From a virus, in IMG/VR virus record IMGVR_UViG_3300032164_000003, positions 27,089-91,088 of that record: 64,000 nt of DNA. One strand, given 5' to 3'. The position numbers and the translations under genes are program-made. The notes beneath the pieces were generated by a model. The model was not told the DNA's origin. It worked only from the letters and a program-made list of their open reading frames with translations, and did not search any database. Within the stretch, counting starts at the first letter, position 1. Each line of letters begins with the position of its first letter. Shown here piece after piece: positions 48,505-58,685 of the stretch.

Positions 48505-49236
48505 ATGCCACTGCTTACCGCTCAAAAACATCAATGGACAAAGCAGCCTCCGTATAACTTCTATCACTTTCCGGATGAGCACCTTGTTGGCTGGCAGAAG
48601 TTCTGGGAAGAGATGGATGGGGATCTGGACAAAATCCTGGCCTTTGCAGAAAAGGCTAGTATAGAATGCCCGTGTGAGTGGTTCGAAAGCCTGCACCGCT
48701 TCTTGTTTGGCACCTTCGCAGGAGATGTCAAGCTGTTGAAGACCGCCGCCGAGAAGGACTTCAAGGCGTTCCTGAAGCAGACCGCAGAGAATCATCAGAA
48801 AGAACCACTGAGTAAGGAATGGTACACAGTAAAGGGCATCACACAAAATAATTTTATTGCGATGCTTGAGCGCGCAGCAGAGATTACCGATGTTCGTCAG
48901 GCCGTAGCATTTGTAAACTCTCGCATTCGTGATCTTGGATTCTTCCTTTACAGCGCTTACATTTTGTCGAAGACGAAGGGAAAAAGCGAAGTGAAGGCGC
49001 TCGCTTCTGATCTAAACAAGAAAGCTTATGTACTAGAGACTGACGCAATCGGAGAATCTCCGATCAATGGAATCACCGCTGGGCTGACAGTAACCCATGC
49101 CTTGTTCCCCGGAGACTTCTTTATGATTACAGAAGTTCTTCGTACCGCGTCGGATGAGATAGAAACACTTGTAACGCGCGATCCACGTGGCCATATTGCG
49201 TTCATAAATGATGTTTGGAACGTACAAGTAGTTTGA
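48505..49236 (+). CDS. hypothetical protein
   Basis: AGGAG RBS, 243 aa. Confidence 0.75.
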   Translation: MPLLTAQKHQWTKQPPYNFYHFPDEHLVGWQKFWEEMDGDLDKILAFAEKASIECPCEWFESLHRFLFGTFAGDVKLLKTAAEKDFKAFLKQTAENHQKEPLSKEWYTVKGITQNNFIAMLERAAEITDVRQAVAFVNSRIRDLGFFLYSAYILSKTKGKSEVKALASDLNKKAYVLETDAIGESPINGITAGLTVTHALFPGDFFMITEVLRTASDEIETLVTRDPRGHIAFINDVWNVQVV

Positions 49237-49261
49237 CGCAGTATAAACGAAAACGACCAAA

Positions 49262-49504
49262 ATGAAACAGTTCAACACTAATGACTTGAGCCTCGCCGCG
49301 TATCTTATGATGCGCGGATGTCCACTGATGGCTGCGAAGAAGCTTGGCAAAACATTCAGATTTACACTGGACATTGGCGAACGCAATGAGCAGTCCCTGA
49401 AAATAGAGTTTATAAATTCTGAATCGGCAAGATTCGACGCGGCAGTAAGAGATTTGAAGAAGATTATGTTCAGTGGAGGCGTCGTTGCCACAGTCAGTAA
49501 CTGA
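49262..49504 (+). CDS. DUF5659-like small protein
   Basis: F.T.DL.LAAYL...G pattern. Confidence 0.55.
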   Translation: MKQFNTNDLSLAAYLMMRGCPLMAAKKLGKTFRFTLDIGERNEQSLKIEFINSESARFDAAVRDLKKIMFSGGVVATVSN

Positions 49505-50351
49505 TTTTGATGTTCTGCTCAAGGGTCAAACGGAATATCTCACCGCGTTCGTCCGAGATCCGAAAACAGACGAGTTGACCGATGTAATTGGCAACAGCAC
49601 ATTTTCTTTGATCGACATAGCCGACGATTCTGTCAAGTTCACAGAAACATTCGCTACGTCAGGTAGCGCAAATATTATACATCCATCACAGGGGGTTTAT
49701 CAATATAGTTTTAACACGGTGACATATCCTGATCAATATCTTGCTGCATTCCGCTGCGTGTTAGATGGTGAAGTTATAAATAATAATGTATTCGTAAAAA
49801 ATGAGCCAGCTGCGATGTTTGCTTATGCAGCACAGCTACGTGTACAGGTAGACAAGGCACGAAAGTCCGTGTCCGATGATATTGAGAATGTGGACAAAGC
49901 TGAATCGGAACCGTCTACTAAATTCTTCTATGGTTATTCTGACGCCCACCTAATATTTTATCTAGAACGTGGCGCGCAACTAGTTAATGTTGTTCCTCCA
50001 TACACACAATTTACACCTGTTACATTCCCGTGGTATTCTTCCGGCACGATCTTGATTGATGCTGCTACAATTGCGGCATTGGAATCACAGGGCATATTTG
50101 CAATAGACACTGATTATAGCTATCAACTGGGTGGGAACAGCCTTGTTATTGATCACTTTACTAAACTAAATACGGCTCTTACTTCATTAGTCACTAGATT
50201 TGACACAAACCTAGTACGGTTCAAGCAGCAATTTCGCTCCAAAGGCCTGGTCATGTTCCAATGGATGCCGGGTGGTGTAAGAGCCGCGAGACAACTTTCT
50301 GCGATGCCCTCAGGTTTTTGGAGCCGCATGCTAAGTAGCGCATTTGTGTAG
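49473..50351 (+). CDS. putative head-tail adaptor
   Basis: N-terminal Ig-like segment (GVYQY.F), helical C-half with D..L..YL, DYSY..GG.SL; position. Confidence 0.55.
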   Translation: MEASLPQSVTDFDVLLKGQTEYLTAFVRDPKTDELTDVIGNSTFSLIDIADDSVKFTETFATSGSANIIHPSQGVYQYSFNTVTYPDQYLAAFRCVLDGEVINNNVFVKNEPAAMFAYAAQLRVQVDKARKSVSDDIENVDKAESEPSTKFFYGYSDAHLIFYLERGAQLVNVVPPYTQFTPVTFPWYSSGTILIDAATIAALESQGIFAIDTDYSYQLGGNSLVIDHFTKLNTALTSLVTRFDTNLVRFKQQFRSKGLVMFQWMPGGVRAARQLSAMPSGFWSRMLSSAFV

Positions 50352-50381
50352 CCTATGGAAACATAATGTAAGGTTAATTGA

Positions 50382-52577
50382 ATGGCGACCGGAATTACAC
50401 CAGGCAAACCGTGTACGGTAAATACGTACCTTGCCTATGAGGTATTGGGTAGTCAGTCCCAACAGACTGGCAACAATACTGTTGTGGTGTCCAATACCAT
50501 CCAATTGCTGCCGCAATACTACCTTTTCATAGGTACAAAGTACACTACCTATGTAGGGCGCTGCCTCGTTCTTAATCCTTCGGGAACTCCAACGACACAG
50601 CGCCGTGTAGTTATTTCCCAGGCCAATGGCACAGGTAATACCAAGATTCTGACGGTCAATAGAGACTGGGACACTAACCCCGCCCAGACTACAGATTCTC
50701 TGTATGTTTGTTACGATATGGATGATCTAGAAACTGGCGGTTCTAATACCGGCGTTGCCCTTGGTGCAAGAACTGGTACCTACGACTGGACTGGTGTTCT
50801 GAACATAGGCGATGGCACCCAATACGCTGGCCTTTATATGGGTGCCGGTGAAGGGGCTGATATTTATGACAACGGCAGTACAAACTCGCTGATTGTCAAA
50901 AATAACGCTCGGCTAGACATGGGTTACAGAAATAGCAGCGGCGCGTTCGTATCTGGTGGTATTTGCTTGTACACGCACAATACTGCTGGCGAGCCCATGG
51001 TACAGTTTCAGTCAGGTGCAAAGGGGGAGATTATAGATGCTCTGCACTGGGGCATGCTTGTATCGATGTTTCTTGAAAACGCAGCAGGCTCTGCGATAAC
51101 ATATCGAGGTACAAAGTTTCTTAGTGCAACATACGGCACAACGTTCTTTGGATCGTCGCTGTATGACTGTTCAGTTGGTGGGCGCAGCGGGGCTAGTGAG
51201 TATATTCGATTCAACGCTAATTCGACAGTTGACGGTTTAATTCTTGAAAAGACCGCTGGGATAACTGGAACGAATGACACGTCAACTGAGACGATAACTC
51301 TACGTGATGTTGTATTTGTTAACAACCTGGCATTTATAATCCTAAACTCCAATAAAACGTTCTACGTCATTAATCCTACCTGGACAGCTACTACGTATAG
51401 CAATTTTACCTGGACGACTTCAACGGCTAATTATGTTTATGATCAAAGAAGCATTGATGCTGTAGTACAGCAGGCGACGGGCACCGCAATTGCCAACGCC
51501 AATGTCCTAGTCTACGAGAACACGACCCTGGCGGACTTGGTGCTGGAGACGTACACGAATGGGAGTGGCGTGGCGGCCGGGGTGTTTACCTACAAGAAGC
51601 ACTCGACCAATTCCTCGACCGTGACCTACGGCGGGCACGCGATCCGGGTGGACTGCTGGCTGTACCTGCCCTATGCAGCGGCACAGACTTCGACCTCATA
51701 CTTCAACGGTACTGTGGTGCTGATACCCGATGCTGGAATAGTACAAACGGTCCAGGCCACCGCGCTAACCGACGGGTCGGGAATTACTTGGAACAAGGAT
51801 ACCAATGCATCTAGCATCATAGAGTACACTGCAGGCACCGGAACATTGTCAGTTGGTAACACCGTAACGCAGGCCACTTCTGGGGCGACTGGGGTTGTGA
51901 CGAAGATTGTGGACGGTGACAGCACGGCTGGGACGGTGCATTTGAAGAGCCGAAATGGAACAGCCTTTTCTGGAACCTATGGGTTGAGTGCTACTGCGTG
52001 GAGCGCAACCTACACAGCCAGCACCGAGCAGCGGTTTGCGATCTGGATCGACGGCAACAGCAAGTCGCTACAGACCATTTATGACTACCTGGCTGCGCTC
52101 ACGGCGCAGACCACCCTATCTGCCACTGGTGAACTGATTCACGAGTGGGGAAAACAGTACCAAGTGCGGGCGCTCTATAGTGGTGCGTCTGGTTTCTACA
52201 CAGAGCGATCTGGAACGCTTGGTGTGTTCATCACGAATGCTGGGTCGGGCACGGTGCAGAAATACACCGACGATGCTGGAGTTACTTGGACCCCACCGAC
52301 ATCGGGTACGTTGACAGTTACCTGCAAAAACGCGTCGGGGTTTGCCATCGAAGGGGTCCGGGTTCGCATAGAGACTACGGGAGGGGTTCTTATTTCTGAA
52401 GGATCGACAATCGGCTCTGGGGTGTTTACTGATAGCTACCTCGGAATTGATCAAGCCGTGTATGTGGTTGTTCGGCTCAAGGGCTACAAGGCCACCCGTA
52501 TCTCTGGAAATATCGCAAGCGGAAACCTGACCATTCCAGTAACGCTAATCAATGACAGAGCCGTTGATTTGCCCTAA
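50382..52577 (+). CDS. Thr/Ser/Gly-rich virion fibre/appendage protein
   Basis: beta-rich 731 aa, C-terminal Ig-like domain. Confidence 0.6.
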   Translation: MATGITPGKPCTVNTYLAYEVLGSQSQQTGNNTVVVSNTIQLLPQYYLFIGTKYTTYVGRCLVLNPSGTPTTQRRVVISQANGTGNTKILTVNRDWDTNPAQTTDSLYVCYDMDDLETGGSNTGVALGARTGTYDWTGVLNIGDGTQYAGLYMGAGEGADIYDNGSTNSLIVKNNARLDMGYRNSSGAFVSGGICLYTHNTAGEPMVQFQSGAKGEIIDALHWGMLVSMFLENAAGSAITYRGTKFLSATYGTTFFGSSLYDCSVGGRSGASEYIRFNANSTVDGLILEKTAGITGTNDTSTETITLRDVVFVNNLAFIILNSNKTFYVINPTWTATTYSNFTWTTSTANYVYDQRSIDAVVQQATGTAIANANVLVYENTTLADLVLETYTNGSGVAAGVFTYKKHSTNSSTVTYGGHAIRVDCWLYLPYAAAQTSTSYFNGTVVLIPDAGIVQTVQATALTDGSGITWNKDTNASSIIEYTAGTGTLSVGNTVTQATSGATGVVTKIVDGDSTAGTVHLKSRNGTAFSGTYGLSATAWSATYTASTEQRFAIWIDGNSKSLQTIYDYLAALTAQTTLSATGELIHEWGKQYQVRALYSGASGFYTERSGTLGVFITNAGSGTVQKYTDDAGVTWTPPTSGTLTVTCKNASGFAIEGVRVRIETTGGVLISEGSTIGSGVFTDSYLGIDQAVYVVVRLKGYKATRISGNIASGNLTIPVTLINDRAVDLP

Positions 52578-52587
52578 AGGAGAAGCC

Positions 52588-52872
52588 ATGCCAGGTAAGA
52601 AGAAAGAGAAGGAAGCGGAGAAGCCGGTGGAGACGGTAGAGCAGAAGATGGCAGCGGAAGCCATCTGCCCGAAGTGCATGAAGCCGGTGGAGTCGCACAT
52701 GTGCCGGTTCTGTGGAGCGACCAAGGCGATCAACGACGCCAGCGGCAACGTGATCTGGATGCTCAACGGCCGGGTGGTCGCCGCCTTCCGCGACGAGAAG
52801 GACGCCTACGTGAAAATGGCCCTGCGCTCCGGAATCCCCGAGAGCGAGTGGCCTCAACGCTTTCGGAGCTAG
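52588..52872 (+). CDS. small zinc-finger protein
   Basis: AAGGAG RBS; CPKC..CRFCG. Confidence 0.7.
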   Translation: MPGKKKEKEAEKPVETVEQKMAAEAICPKCMKPVESHMCRFCGATKAINDASGNVIWMLNGRVVAAFRDEKDAYVKMALRSGIPESEWPQRFRS

Positions 52873-52884
52873 AGGAGAAATACC

Positions 52885-55800
52885 ATGTCCATTGCAAACG
52901 ATTGGGATGTAAACTACAGCGCGAAGGTGATCAGCCACATCGACGGTGTGCTGAGCTACAACACGGGTGACGGCACACAGCCCGCCGTGGGGCAGATGGT
53001 GCTCGGCGGGACCAGCGGAGCAGTCGGGAAGATCCTGGCCCGCACTGGCAACGCCGCATCCGGCACCCTGACCCTGACCAACGTCATCGGCCAGTGGGCT
53101 ACTGGTGAGCGTCTCTACGTCATGAGCGAGTTGATGTTCGATGGTGTGAACAACACCAACAAGGCGCTAATCGTCGTCGGAGCCACCGTCACCGGGAACT
53201 CCTCGGCCTCGACCATGCCCATCCTGTTCGTCGAGTTCAACATCGACGGGGTGGCCGGGCACGGCAAGTTCTACGGGCGCTCGATGAGCGCGGCCTTCAC
53301 AAACAACGAGGATCTGAAGATCGCCACCCTCGTTGTTGCCGTGGCCGACGGGACCGGAACCGACAACGACGCCCTCAACACGACTACGCTGGTGAACGGA
53401 ACCCTGGCTGTGCCAGGGACCGCCAGCACCAACAACAGCGTGATCATCCACTACGACGCCGGGACCATCGCCGTTCCCGAGGACGCGCACATCAAAAGCG
53501 GATCGGCCGGAGCGACTGGCTACGCCCAGCGGGTGATCGGCGCGGTGGCGACGGGTTCGATCCGGGTTGTGGACAGCGACACGTCCGGGGGCTCCTGGAC
53601 CAACGACCAGGCGCTCCGCATTCTGGATTGTGTGTACTACGATGCGCTGGTGGCCGGGAAGGTGTTCAGCGCAGGCGACGTGATCAAAGCCGCCAACGGG
53701 ACCACCCCAACCGCCGTGGGGCGCGTGCTTGCGGTCATCGACGACGGCGACAACACCGGCAAGCTGATCCTCGCGGGTTTCTCTGGCACCTGGCAGGACG
53801 ATAACGAAATCCACGTCAAGCAGAGTGACGACACCTACGTCAAGTACGGGGAAGTCGAGAACAGCACCAGCAAGTACCTCGACGTGGCCACGATCAACAT
53901 CCCTGGCGGAGTCCGGAGCGTGCAGCGGTCGGACCAGGGAGGGATCTTCCCGACCGGGAGCCTGAACATCGTGCGGAGCGGCAACGCGCTCTACACCTAC
54001 CTCGTGGATCTGTACGATGAACTGAGCGCCCTGGATGATCTGCCTCCGATGGACGGCGACGTGAAGGACCAGCTTTACACCGTGCTCAACAGCTACGTGA
54101 TCCCCGACCTGTCCTTCCGGTTCTTGGAGAAGGGCTCGTTCAAGGACACGGCCAACAACAACGTGTTCACCGGCGTCCAGACCGTGGGAGCCCTTGCCGA
54201 CGTGGGCAACCACGGGTTCTACTACTCCTCGACCAACCCGACCCCGCAGCCCGATATGTACATCGAGCAGAACGGTGCGGTGAACCGGCAGGACTGGCTG
54301 GAGGGGAACCTGGACGTGATGCTCAAGGTCAAGACCTCGACCAACCCGGCCTACATCAACCCGACCGTCGCGGCCCTGGGGCAGCTTATCAACGGTGCCG
54401 CGTTCACTGTCCACCTTCGCCCGTACCGGCGCACCTACGACAGCAACGAGGTGACCAAGATCGGTGGCATCGCCACGGTGGCCCTCGGGAACGCCAAGGA
54501 CCTGAACAACACGACCGGCCAGTACCGGAGCGCGTTCTCCACCGGAGGTGCCGGGGCCTTCACGGTTGGAGAGGAAATCACGACCTCCGGCGGGAAGCGG
54601 GGGGTCGTGACCGCCTCCGACTCCGGGGCCGCAGGCAACGTGGACTACGCGCTCAAGTCTTCGGTCAACTTCGTGGTCAGCGACGTCGTCACGGGATCGA
54701 TCAGCGCCAAGTCCGCCACGCTCGCCACCCCCTCAGACCTCGTGGCCGGGTACGGGACCAACATCCGGGCCATGACCGTGGACCGACGGTTCACGGGCGG
54801 CACCACCACCGGGACCTTCGTGATCGGGGAGGTGGTTACCCAGACCGGCACGGGGGCCACCGGCTACATTTTGGAGGACGATGCCGGGACGATCTACATG
54901 CAGGACGCCAGCGGAACCTTCAACGGGACGGGCCTACTCACGGGTGTGTCCTTGGCAACCAACACCCCGACCGCGACGGCAGACTACACCACCGTGCCCA
55001 AGGACATCGGCGGCGGGGTCGGAGACAAGAACTACACGGCAGTGGTCAGCGCCAACATTACCAACGCCAGCGCGAGGCCGGTCAGCGAGGTGTACGAGTG
55101 GTTCAAGTTCCTGACCAGAGCCGAGAGCTTGCTGCTCCAGGGCGGGCCTGGAGCCACAGCCGGGAAGTACGGACGGATCTACCGGCGGCTCGTTGATACC
55201 TTCGCAGAGGTGCGCGGCGCGAGCCCCTACGGGCTCAAGGCAGGATCCTTGCTCATCGGAGCCCAGGGCGTGTATGTCGAGAAGTACACCCTGGCCACGG
55301 CTGATCTGCGAAACATTCAGCTTGTGGACAACGACGGGAACACTTGGGATCCGCCCAACCTCCAGACGCTGGAAGTCATCAACTTGGTGACTGGCGTGCG
55401 CGTCGCTGTGTATCGCTCCACCGGGGCGGGGTCCGAGAGCATCCTGCTCACGGAGTTCATGGTTGGCGCAGTCGGCGGCGGGTACAACCAAAGCGCCGAC
55501 GCCAACATCAAGGTCGCGGCCAACACCCGCACGGTCAGCCCGCTGCCCAACGACGTTCCCGACTCCGGGGTCTTGCATGTGCTCGACCCCAACGACACGG
55601 GCAACTACCTGCGGTTCATCTACGACACCGTGGACCGCACGACCAACGTGTTCCACCTCACGCAGGGGGTGGGCCAGAACACTATCGGAGCCGTCACGGG
55701 CTCGGTGGACCTCACCGCCAGCGACAACACCCTGGTTGTCCCCATCGAGAAGGAGTCCACCGGAACCAGCGTCAGCAACACCCTCCAGGTAGTCTCTTCC

Positions 55801-55926
55801 TTCCCCCTGTACGTCGTGGTGCGCATCAAGGGCAAGAAGCCGTTCAAGACCACGGCGACGTTCAGCAGCACGGGCGCGAGCATCGGCGCGGTGCTGAACC
55901 CAGACAATGTCGTGAATCTTCCCTAA
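52885..55926 (+). CDS. large virion fibre/appendage protein with repeated beta modules
   Basis: 1013 aa; repeats such as F.VGE.VT..SGATG.V; GAGGAG RBS. Confidence 0.65.
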   Translation: MSIANDWDVNYSAKVISHIDGVLSYNTGDGTQPAVGQMVLGGTSGAVGKILARTGNAASGTLTLTNVIGQWATGERLYVMSELMFDGVNNTNKALIVVGATVTGNSSASTMPILFVEFNIDGVAGHGKFYGRSMSAAFTNNEDLKIATLVVAVADGTGTDNDALNTTTLVNGTLAVPGTASTNNSVIIHYDAGTIAVPEDAHIKSGSAGATGYAQRVIGAVATGSIRVVDSDTSGGSWTNDQALRILDCVYYDALVAGKVFSAGDVIKAANGTTPTAVGRVLAVIDDGDNTGKLILAGFSGTWQDDNEIHVKQSDDTYVKYGEVENSTSKYLDVATINIPGGVRSVQRSDQGGIFPTGSLNIVRSGNALYTYLVDLYDELSALDDLPPMDGDVKDQLYTVLNSYVIPDLSFRFLEKGSFKDTANNNVFTGVQTVGALADVGNHGFYYSSTNPTPQPDMYIEQNGAVNRQDWLEGNLDVMLKVKTSTNPAYINPTVAALGQLINGAAFTVHLRPYRRTYDSNEVTKIGGIATVALGNAKDLNNTTGQYRSAFSTGGAGAFTVGEEITTSGGKRGVVTASDSGAAGNVDYALKSSVNFVVSDVVTGSISAKSATLATPSDLVAGYGTNIRAMTVDRRFTGGTTTGTFVIGEVVTQTGTGATGYILEDDAGTIYMQDASGTFNGTGLLTGVSLATNTPTATADYTTVPKDIGGGVGDKNYTAVVSANITNASARPVSEVYEWFKFLTRAESLLLQGGPGATAGKYGRIYRRLVDTFAEVRGASPYGLKAGSLLIGAQGVYVEKYTLATADLRNIQLVDNDGNTWDPPNLQTLEVINLVTGVRVAVYRSTGAGSESILLTEFMVGAVGGGYNQSADANIKVAANTRTVSPLPNDVPDSGVLHVLDPNDTGNYLRFIYDTVDRTTNVFHLTQGVGQNTIGAVTGSVDLTASDNTLVVPIEKESTGTSVSNTLQVVSSFPLYVVVRIKGKKPFKTTATFSSTGASIGAVLNPDNVVNLP

Positions 55927-55945
55927 GCCGTAGCGAGGTGCCTGC

Positions 55946-58357
55946 TTGGCAGAACGCAGCGACATCGTAGTAGACTGGCCGCTCTCTCCGCGCATAATCA
56001 CGGTGCAGGCCCCCTCCACCGAGATCACGCAGCAGGATCTGCTCGACACCCTGCGGAAACTGGAGAGTCAGCTAACCGCCCTGGACGACGACCCTCTCAC
56101 CGACGCGGCGGGAAAAGAGAACTTGGGCGGTGGCGTTCTGGTAGGAATCTCGCAGACCCTCCAGAACGCGCAGCTTGCTTTCGAGGCACGGACAACCCCC
56201 ACGGAGGAAGGCACAGCGACCTCCGTGGGGACCATCATACTGACCGACACGGCGGCGCAGTTTGTTACTGTAGGAGTGCAACGTGGGGCATTGATCGTCA
56301 ACTTCACGGACAAGGCGGTGGCCGAGGTGCTGAGCGTGGAGAATCAGACCCACCTCACGCACCGGCCCCTGACCGGAGGCTCGGGCAACGACTGGGGCAT
56401 CGGGGACGCCTACAGAATTTATAACATCGTGCAGTGCGACGTGACCGGAGGAAACCTCGTTGCGCTGGACGAGGCGGGCGACCCCATGTCGCCAATCTTC
56501 CCGGCGGCATTCACTCAGGTGGTCAAGACATCAAGTTCGTCGGCCACGCTCCAGGAGTTGGGCGCGATCCAATACTCGTCTTACAACGGTGGCGTGACGG
56601 TGGACACCAGCAGCCCGTACTCGGGTATTGTGTTTCCAGTGGGGACACCGCAGCAGCCTGTCAACAACATGACGGACGCCATGCTCATAGCAGTAGCGCG
56701 GGGGCTCACCACAATTTTTGTCGTTGGGGATCTTACGCTCGACGCCGGGGGTGACTACTCGGAGATGGTGTTCATCGGGGAGTCCATTGGCAAGACCGCC
56801 ATTGACATCAGCCCCGCTGCCCAGGTGGAGAACTGCGAGTTCTACGAGGCGACAATCGCTGGGACGCTGGACGGAAACGCCAAGGTAAAGAACTGCCAGA
56901 TTCTGGATCTAAACTACATCAACGGGGTGGTGGAACTATGTATGCTCGGGCCAGGCGAAATCGTGCTCGGGGGGGCAGACGAGGCGAATTTCCTCGACTG
57001 CTGGAGTGGCGGGGCAAACGTCGTGGGAAGGCCGGTCATCAACTGTGGCGGTAGCGGCCAGTCGCTGTCGATGAGGAACTACAGCGGCGGGGTGATCATC
57101 AGGAACAAGACGGGGGCGGCAGACAGGATAGTAATCGACATGGCGAGCGGGGAGGTGGTGCTGGAGAGCACCGTGACGGCGGGGCTGGTGACGGTGCGCG
57201 GGGTCGGGGTCATTGACGATCAGAGCGTCGGTGCCACCGTTGACTCTGCCAACCTGCTCAACAAGGCGACCATTTCCAAAGCCGTTTTAGATGAACCGCT
57301 CCCTGGCCATCTGATCCCCGGCACGGTGGGGGAGGTGATGCGAACCGCTGCCTACGCCGGGGCGGTCTACGTGGACACCCTCGGAGGCGGTGTACCGGGA
57401 ACGAGTTTCCCTCGGGGCACCCCTACCATGCCGGTGGACAACCTGGCGGACGCCAGGACGATAGCCGATGGCGTGATGCTCCGGGAGTTCCGGATACGCG
57501 GTTCGGTGACGCTGGACCAGGACTACACGGGGTACGCCTTCTTCGGGCAGGGGGATATCAAGACAGACGTGCTCAGCCTTGCCGGGCGCTCCGTGGACAA
57601 GTCGTACTTCAACCGCCTGATGCTCCAGGGGGTGGCGACCGGGAACATCAACGCCCAGCTTTGCATCCTGACCGGAGTGAGCGGGATCGGCGGAGTCCTG
57701 GTGGACTCCGGACTGCAAGGGACCACGACACTCGGCGGCCCTGGTTGCCAGCTAATCTGCAAGAGTCTGTCCTTCATCACCGCCCCGGCCTACGTGGACA
57801 TGGTTGGCCCCGGTCGGGTGTTCGTGGCTCAGGGTTCCGGCGACGTGACCTTCAAGAACGCCATGTCCGGAGCGCCGTTCCCGACGCAGATCCAGATCGG
57901 GCTCACGCACGGCCTGGTGACGTTTGATGTCTCCTGCACGGGTGGGGCCGCGTTGGTGCGCGGCGTGATGACTCTGGTGAACAACGGGGCGATCACGGTC
58001 ACGGATTGGGCGCTGTACCTGGACCACATCTCGGACCACGTTGACACTAAGCTGACTGGAACGCACGGAAGCGGAAGTTGGGTAGACACTGGCGCACCTC
58101 CGTCCCCTGAGACTATTGCAGATGCTGTTGTTGCTAAGGACGTTGGTGGACAGACCGTAGGAACATTACTTAGCCAGATCCCTGGAATCGGCGCAAATGT
58201 CGAGCTTATTAAAGAGGTAGAATCCGGTAAGTGGGAGATTATAAACAACCAGATGATTTTTTACAGCCCAGCAGGTGTAGAAATTCTACGTTTCAATTTG
58301 TTTGGGCCTACGGGTAATCCATCTATGACGGACGTGTACAAGCGTGTGCCAGTATGA
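55946..58357 (+). CDS. virion fibre protein with duplicated beta-helix-like domain
   Basis: two copies of Y.G.V.VDT....G..FP.GTP..PV.N..DA..IA; TTG start after GAGGTG. Confidence 0.65.
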   Translation: MAERSDIVVDWPLSPRIITVQAPSTEITQQDLLDTLRKLESQLTALDDDPLTDAAGKENLGGGVLVGISQTLQNAQLAFEARTTPTEEGTATSVGTIILTDTAAQFVTVGVQRGALIVNFTDKAVAEVLSVENQTHLTHRPLTGGSGNDWGIGDAYRIYNIVQCDVTGGNLVALDEAGDPMSPIFPAAFTQVVKTSSSSATLQELGAIQYSSYNGGVTVDTSSPYSGIVFPVGTPQQPVNNMTDAMLIAVARGLTTIFVVGDLTLDAGGDYSEMVFIGESIGKTAIDISPAAQVENCEFYEATIAGTLDGNAKVKNCQILDLNYINGVVELCMLGPGEIVLGGADEANFLDCWSGGANVVGRPVINCGGSGQSLSMRNYSGGVIIRNKTGAADRIVIDMASGEVVLESTVTAGLVTVRGVGVIDDQSVGATVDSANLLNKATISKAVLDEPLPGHLIPGTVGEVMRTAAYAGAVYVDTLGGGVPGTSFPRGTPTMPVDNLADARTIADGVMLREFRIRGSVTLDQDYTGYAFFGQGDIKTDVLSLAGRSVDKSYFNRLMLQGVATGNINAQLCILTGVSGIGGVLVDSGLQGTTTLGGPGCQLICKSLSFITAPAYVDMVGPGRVFVAQGSGDVTFKNAMSGAPFPTQIQIGLTHGLVTFDVSCTGGAALVRGVMTLVNNGAITVTDWALYLDHISDHVDTKLTGTHGSGSWVDTGAPPSPETIADAVVAKDVGGQTVGTLLSQIPGIGANVELIKEVESGKWEIINNQMIFYSPAGVEILRFNLFGPTGNPSMTDVYKRVPV

Positions 58358-58515
58358 ACCGATTAATTACTCGTGGAATGGGTGATAAACAGTTACTTAT
58401 CACACGTGGTTTGGCTGGGTTAGTAGGACCGGTATGGCGTGAGATTCTGCGGTTAAAGTCCGCTATAACAACAACACTTAGATTGGAATCTAGATGGAAG
58501 AAGCAAACAAGTTAG
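58354..58515 (+). CDS. 53-aa protein with LITRG repeat (below track cutoff)
   Basis: ATGA overlap with upstream stop; MNRLITRGMGDKQLLITRGLAG... Confidence 0.55.
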   Translation: MNRLITRGMGDKQLLITRGLAGLVGPVWREILRLKSAITTTLRLESRWKKQTS

Positions 58516-58685
58516 AGCTAAACTCGTATATCAACAGGAGCCTCCCTTTAATTTCTGAGCCCTCCTTTACTCTATATTTCTGTGACAATAACAAATCAGG
58601 AATTAATAAAGAACTGACATTGTCATCTATTATTAGTCAGCAACTTGTTGTAGATTCAGGAATTGACTTGGAGGCACTCACATGA
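58494..58685 (+). CDS. hypothetical protein
   Basis: 63 aa, stop overlaps next ATG. Confidence 0.4.
   Translation: MEEANKLELNSYINRSLPLISEPSFTLYFCDNNKSGINKELTLSSIISQQLVVDSGIDLEALT

Noticed and set aside
53167-56049. Long minus-strand ORFs (415 aa, 371 aa)
   Set aside because: Antisense shadows of a high-GC3 gene; no RBS or recognisable motifs
50382-58357. Diversity-generating retroelement acting on fibres
   Set aside because: No reverse transcriptase and no adenine-variant repeat pair seen
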